DNA of 64,000 nucleotides, from contig CAWAQU010000012.1 in NCBI GenBank assembly GCA_963784355.1, forward strand, positions 1 to 64,000, written 5' to 3'. Of this stretch, positions 59,416 to 64,000 are shown piece by piece; within the stretch, counting starts at the first letter, position 1; each line of letters opens with the position of its first letter. Below the pieces are notes generated by a model, which worked only from the letters and a program-made list of their open reading frames with translations, did not search any database and was not told where the DNA came from. The position numbers were made by a program, and so were the translations under genes. Source of the DNA: an uncultured bacterium. Its GTDB lineage: Bacteria; Patescibacteriota; JACMRA01.

Positions 59416-60390
59416 ATGTTTAAATCAAAATCCAGCCAAGTAATTTTAGCTAATATTGTTTTCATTGTATTTTTAGCAGCGGCTCTTGGCTTTGTCTATC
59501 AAACTTTTAATTCAAAACAGGAAGTTAACTCAAGCAAAAATACAGTTATTGTAACCTCTTATCCGATATATGAATTTACTAAAACAATTGCAGGGGATAA
59601 ATTACAAGTAAGCAGTCTACTTAGTCCGGGTATTGAGCCTCATGAATTTGAGCCGACAGCAAATCAGGTCCAATCTATTTATGACTCAAAATTATTAATA
59701 TTAAACGGAGCGGGTTTTGAATCATGGCTGGAGGAATTGGGTCCGGAGTTGGAGCAAAAAGGTGTGCAAAAACTAAATTTATCTGAGCATATCGATTTAT
59801 TACATTCCGCAGAATCTGTAGATGAGGATGGTCATAATCATAATATCAAAGACGTCGACCATACAGCAGATCCACATTTTTGGCTCGACCCTAGTCTTGT
59901 AGTCAAGCAAATTGACCTAATTTCAGATAAGTTAAGTGAAATATCTCCTGAAAGCAAAATTGAATTTACAGAAAATGGAGAAAAATTTAAGCGTGAATTG
60001 TTGGATTTAGATAAACAATATTCGGAAAATCTAAAAAACTGCAAACAGAAAACAATTATCACAAGTCATAAGGCATTTAATTATTTGGCAAAAAGATATG
60101 ACTTTCAAATAAAATCTATAACCAATTTTTCACCTGAAGTGGAGCCTTCTACTGCTCAACTGAAAGAACTAGCTGATAACGTAAAAGCTAGGGGAATAAA
60201 ATATATTTTTTTTGAATCTTTAGTAAGTCCAGAAATGGCCAATACTTTGGCTTTAGAGACCGGGGCTCAAACACTAGCACTAAATCCTATTGAAAACTTA
60301 ACTCAAGAGGAATTGAAAAATAGTAAAAATTATATGAATTTGATGAAGGATAATCTAAAAAACCTTAAAATTGCAATGGAGTGTGAATAA
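59416..60390 (+). CDS. znuA: Zn/Mn ABC transporter substrate-binding protein
   Basis: EPHEFEP, His-rich loop, DPHFWLDP, SHKAFNY, EPS. Confidence 0.9.
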   Translation: MFKSKSSQVILANIVFIVFLAAALGFVYQTFNSKQEVNSSKNTVIVTSYPIYEFTKTIAGDKLQVSSLLSPGIEPHEFEPTANQVQSIYDSKLLILNGAGFESWLEELGPELEQKGVQKLNLSEHIDLLHSAESVDEDGHNHNIKDVDHTADPHFWLDPSLVVKQIDLISDKLSEISPESKIEFTENGEKFKRELLDLDKQYSENLKNCKQKTIITSHKAFNYLAKRYDFQIKSITNFSPEVEPSTAQLKELADNVKARGIKYIFFESLVSPEMANTLALETGAQTLALNPIENLTQEELKNSKNYMNLMKDNLKNLKIAMECE

Positions 60391-61123
60391 TATGAAAATA
60401 CTTGAAGTAAAACATCTGGATTTTAAATATAATAATCAATTTGTATTAAAAGATGTAAATTTTGAACTTACTGAGGGTGAATACGTAGGAATTCTGGGTC
60501 CAAACGGTGGAGGAAAAAGTACTCTCTTAAAGTTGATTCTAGGGATTTTACCATTACAAAAAGGATTTATAAAAATCCCCGGTGCAAAACTTGGTAACCA
60601 CTCTTTCATCGGGTATGTGCCACAAAAAAGTAGTTGTATTGGCTATGACTTTCCCAGTAAAGTCCACGAATTACTCGACAATAGTCTTGAACCGGGAAAT
60701 AGTTTTATGTTTGACCGCCAAAAACAGGATGCAAAAATACAACAAATCTTGGATGAATTAAAAATAGATCACCTAAAAGATAAATTGCTTGGCGAACTGT
60801 CCGGTGGTGAAAGACAAAAAGTTTTTATTGCTAAAAGTTTAATCAGTAGTCCAAAAATCTTGATTTTAGATGAGCCGACTGCTGCTGTAGATATTGAGTC
60901 CGAAAGTGTATTTTATAACCTGATTAAAAGCCTAAAAAATAAATACAATCTCACAATTATTTTAGTATCTCATGACATAGCTGCAGTATCCAAGGAGGTA
61001 GATAAAGTATTTTTTTTAAATAAAACTATAGAATGTTTTCATTCGGGACAGGAGTTTTTACAGGAAGAGAATTTGGATAGACTTTATGGAAATTTTAGAC
61101 AATTAATTAACCATCATCACTAG
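60371..61123 (+). CDS. znuC: Zn/Mn ABC transporter ATPase
   Basis: GPNGGGKST, GYVPQK, LSGGE, LILDEPT, VSHD. Confidence 0.9.
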   Translation: MQWSVNNMKILEVKHLDFKYNNQFVLKDVNFELTEGEYVGILGPNGGGKSTLLKLILGILPLQKGFIKIPGAKLGNHSFIGYVPQKSSCIGYDFPSKVHELLDNSLEPGNSFMFDRQKQDAKIQQILDELKIDHLKDKLLGELSGGERQKVFIAKSLISSPKILILDEPTAAVDIESESVFYNLIKSLKNKYNLTIILVSHDIAAVSKEVDKVFFLNKTIECFHSGQEFLQEENLDRLYGNFRQLINHHH

Positions 61124-61126
61124 AAT

Positions 61127-61933
61127 ATGTTTGAAATTTTAGGTTACGAATTTTTTCAGAGAGCCTTAATTGGAGGTACTTTAGTGGCTATTGTAGCACC
61201 TATCATAGGGCTTTTTTTGGTTGTAAGGCGATTGCCGGCTTTGGCTGATACCTTGTCGCATGTTTCTTTACTTGGAATTTCCATTGCTAGTCTATTTAGA
61301 TTTAGTGAGGTTTATGTTGCCAGTTTGGCTTCAGTAACAGCGGGAATTGGAATAGAGTATCTTAGAAGTAATAAAAAGATCTATGGAGAATCAGTTCTAG
61401 TTCTATTTTTATCCGGAAGCTTGGGAATCAGCGCAGTTTTGCTTAGCTTATCAAAAAATGCAGGGGCAAATTTAAACAGGGTGCTATTTGGCAGTATAAA
61501 TTCAATCACTTGGAATGAATTATATTTATCATTTATTGTAGCTTTGATTACAATTTCAGCTTTTGCAATTTTTAGAAAAAAGTTTTATTTAATAGCACTG
61601 GATGAGGAGCTGGCAATTAGTCAAGGATTGAAAGTTAAACAACTTAATTATCTATTGGTGATATTGTCAGCCCTAGTAGTTTCGGTATCTATTCAAATTA
61701 CCGGAGTACTGCTTACAGGGGCGATTATGATTTTACCCGTACTTACCGCGTTGCAGTATAGATTAAGCTTTAAATCAACTCTGATATATGGTATTGTTTT
61801 TGCTTTGCTATCTATTTGGTTGGGTTTATTTCTGTCTTATTTCTTAGATTTATCTACCGGAGGAGTAATTGTAATAGTAAATTTGCTATTTTTTATTGTA
61901 GCTCTGATTACAAAAAATCTTCTTAAAAATTGA
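61127..61933 (+). CDS. znuB: Zn/Mn ABC transporter permease
   Basis: FFQRAL, LADTLSH, LFGSI, DEELA. Confidence 0.9.
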   Translation: MFEILGYEFFQRALIGGTLVAIVAPIIGLFLVVRRLPALADTLSHVSLLGISIASLFRFSEVYVASLASVTAGIGIEYLRSNKKIYGESVLVLFLSGSLGISAVLLSLSKNAGANLNRVLFGSINSITWNELYLSFIVALITISAFAIFRKKFYLIALDEELAISQGLKVKQLNYLLVILSALVVSVSIQITGVLLTGAIMILPVLTALQYRLSFKSTLIYGIVFALLSIWLGLFLSYFLDLSTGGVIVIVNLLFFIVALITKNLLKN

Positions 61934-61986
61934 TGTCTGTAGCTCAGCTTATTGACTATTTCAAAAAAATTAAAACAAGTTAAATT

Positions 61987-62892
61987 ATGCCGGAATTACC
62001 TGAAGTTGAAAGTTTAAGGCGGAGTTTGGTCCCGTTTATTGTAGGTCAAAAAATTTTAGAAATCGACGTAAAATTACCTAAGCTCATCTCGGCAAAAGGT
62101 ACAACAAGACAAATTTCAGAGGAAAAAACGTCGTCTTTTATAGACGGATTAACAAATCAAAGAATTATAGATATAGATAGAAGGGCTAAAAACCTGATCT
62201 TTAAATTAGAAAATAAATCTATCTTGCTTGTTCACTTAAAAATGACCGGACAATTGGTCTACAAACCTAACATAGAAGATAAAACGAAGCTTATTTGGGG
62301 TGGTCATCCAATTAAGGATAGCGAGCAAAATTTACCACACAAACACACATATCTTACTTTTAAACTAGAGCAAGGCACTTTGTATTATAATGACGTCAGG
62401 CAATTCGGGTATTTACTTTTTTATCCAAATCAAGCAGAATTTAAGCAGGAAAATCACTTTAAGGATTTAGGTGTAGAGCCGTTTGATGAAGAGTTTACAT
62501 TTGAGTATTTTTTGCAGCATTTGTCTAAGAAAAGTGGACAACTAAAAAAAGTTTTTTTGGATCAGACTGTAGTGGTAGGGTTAGGTAATATTTATGTAGA
62601 TGAAGTATGTTTTGCGGCCGGAGTCATTCCTACAAGAATGGTAAAATCACTTGCAAAGGGCGAAATTAGAAAGCTTTATAATGCAATAAAATACATACTA
62701 CCAAAAGCGGTTGAGCTTGGTGGATCTTCTGTGGCTAATTATCTTCTTGCTGATGGTAGTAGAGGTAATTATGCCAATGAGCATAAAGTCTACAATAGGG
62801 GAGGGAAACCTTGTTTGGTGTGTGGTACGTTATTAGAAAAAGTCCAGTCTAGTGGTCGAACTACGGTATATTGCAAAGTGTGCCAGAAGTAA
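61987..62892 (+). CDS. mutM: Formamidopyrimidine-DNA glycosylase
   Basis: MPELPEVE, HLKMTG, GLGNIY.DE, C-terminal Zn finger. Confidence 0.96.
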   Translation: MPELPEVESLRRSLVPFIVGQKILEIDVKLPKLISAKGTTRQISEEKTSSFIDGLTNQRIIDIDRRAKNLIFKLENKSILLVHLKMTGQLVYKPNIEDKTKLIWGGHPIKDSEQNLPHKHTYLTFKLEQGTLYYNDVRQFGYLLFYPNQAEFKQENHFKDLGVEPFDEEFTFEYFLQHLSKKSGQLKKVFLDQTVVVGLGNIYVDEVCFAAGVIPTRMVKSLAKGEIRKLYNAIKYILPKAVELGGSSVANYLLADGSRGNYANEHKVYNRGGKPCLVCGTLLEKVQSSGRTTVYCKVCQK

Positions 62893-62909
62893 AATGTATG
62901 GCTTATTAT

Positions 62910-62971
62910 ATTATAGGAATTAATATTCAGGATATTAAGTATTATAGGAATTAATATTCAGGATATTAAGT
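62910..62971. repeat. Perfect 31-bp tandem duplication
   Basis: ATTATAGGAATTAATATTCAGGATATTAAGT x2. Confidence 0.9.
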
Positions 62972-62994
62972 TTTATTAAATTCGGATCGGTAGT

Positions 62995-63993
62995 TTAAAT
63001 CTTATACTCATCAATCAGATACATTTTTCCGGACTCTAGCGTGGTTAATCTATCCAAAGCTTTAGTTGTAGTTTGAGGCAGACCCAGCATGTTACCAAGA
63101 GTATTTTTTCCTCCTAAAATGCTATCAACAAAATTTGGTTCGGTTTTAATTTCAACTAGGCTATAATCACTGCCTAAATTCGCATTTGAGGCTGCCTTAT
63201 CTGCAGCTTTGCCAATATCTCCAAGTTCATCAATTAATCCCAAATTTTTAGCTTCATCATTAGGGTAGGTAAATCCTGTAGCAAAAGTTTTTACTTTATC
63301 CTTTGGAACTTTTCTGGCGGCCGAAACAATATTTAAAAATCTATCATAGCTCTTATCTACTTGAGCTTGAATATGGGCTACTTCATCAGGCGTCATGTCT
63401 CTAAAAGGGTTACCGATATCTTTATTTTGAGCTGATTTTATCACAGTTTGGCTGTAACCGATTTTTTCTGCAGTACCTTTAAAATTTGGGATTGAAATAT
63501 ATACTCCAATACTTCCGGTTTCGCCATAATTAGAACCAATTACATAGTTTTCAGTATTTTTATAACTAGCCCACAACCCTCCACTAGCAACCAATTGATC
63601 AAAATAAAACACAGCTTGTTTTTGGTTCTTATTTCTCAAAAGATCTGCAATCAAATCACCTAAAATCTCACTGGCATATTCCTCACCTCCGGGGGTATTA
63701 AATCTAAAAACTACATTCTTAATATTATTATCTTTCTTAATTTCTTCAAAATCTTTAGCAACTATATCAGTGTAAATCCCTAGATTGCGGCTGCTGTCAG
63801 GCAATCCTTTTCCTCCGGTAGTTATCATTCCCTGCAAGTCATAGACTAAGACGGTTTTATCGCTAGGTCCATTTTTAATATAGCTTGTTTGAAAACTTTT
63901 AGTATCCTCAGACTTTTTATTATTAAGTCCTGCCAAACCGAATATCAGGCCTATAACCAGTAAAATTGTAGCAATAGTCCAGATTAAACTCAT
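62995..63993 (-). CDS. sppA: Signal peptide peptidase SppA (S49)
   Basis: NTPGG, ASGG.W, TGSIGV, KD.GNPFR, GLIDELG. Confidence 0.88.
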   Translation of the reverse strand: MSLIWTIATILLVIGLIFGLAGLNNKKSEDTKSFQTSYIKNGPSDKTVLVYDLQGMITTGGKGLPDSSRNLGIYTDIVAKDFEEIKKDNNIKNVVFRFNTPGGEEYASEILGDLIADLLRNKNQKQAVFYFDQLVASGGLWASYKNTENYVIGSNYGETGSIGVYISIPNFKGTAEKIGYSQTVIKSAQNKDIGNPFRDMTPDEVAHIQAQVDKSYDRFLNIVSAARKVPKDKVKTFATGFTYPNDEAKNLGLIDELGDIGKAADKAASNANLGSDYSLVEIKTEPNFVDSILGGKNTLGNMLGLPQTTTKALDRLTTLESGKMYLIDEYKI

Positions 63994-64000
63994 TATAAAA

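Noticed and set aside
62910-62971. Possible mini-CRISPR array
   Set aside because: Two directly abutting units, no spacer, no cas genes

Overview
64 kb of AT-rich chromosome from a Patescibacteria/CPR-type bacterium. This assignment is inferred from a stand-alone divergent 16S rRNA gene with universal-primer mismatches, an archaeal-type TyrRS and scavenging/fermentative genes; TGA acts as a stop, so the code is 11. Housekeeping content includes clpC (frameshifted), rpoD, tyrS, eno, recX, hsp20, murJ, murE, rny, dprA, prmC, zur-znuACB, mutM, sppA, three tRNAs and an ApbE flavinylation operon. An IS5-family element with a TTA target duplication interrupts pepA. The best candidate for a new system is a cassette present twice (about 4.27-8.97 kb and 33.5-36.2 kb). 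Each copy has an HTH fused to an EgtD-like SAM methyltransferase, divergent from a conserved ~57-aa microprotein and an XRE regulator. Each also has a shared TGCTAC-N6-RTAGCA palindrome, plus a half-site 11 bp upstream of TTGACA, in front of an effector region. In locus 1 the effector region is a secreted pro-protein with a Cys/Trp/Gly-rich bacteriocin-like C-terminus followed by four small membrane proteins. Other oddities are an in-frame RpoD-TsaE fusion with an altered -10-recognition helix, many -35 boxes exactly 35 nt before start codons (leaderless mRNAs), a CIRCE-like operator shared by clpC and hsp20, a 104-nt rod-like RNA in the hsp20 leader and several unannotated paralogous proteins. 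All family assignments come from motif recognition by eye; no searches were run.
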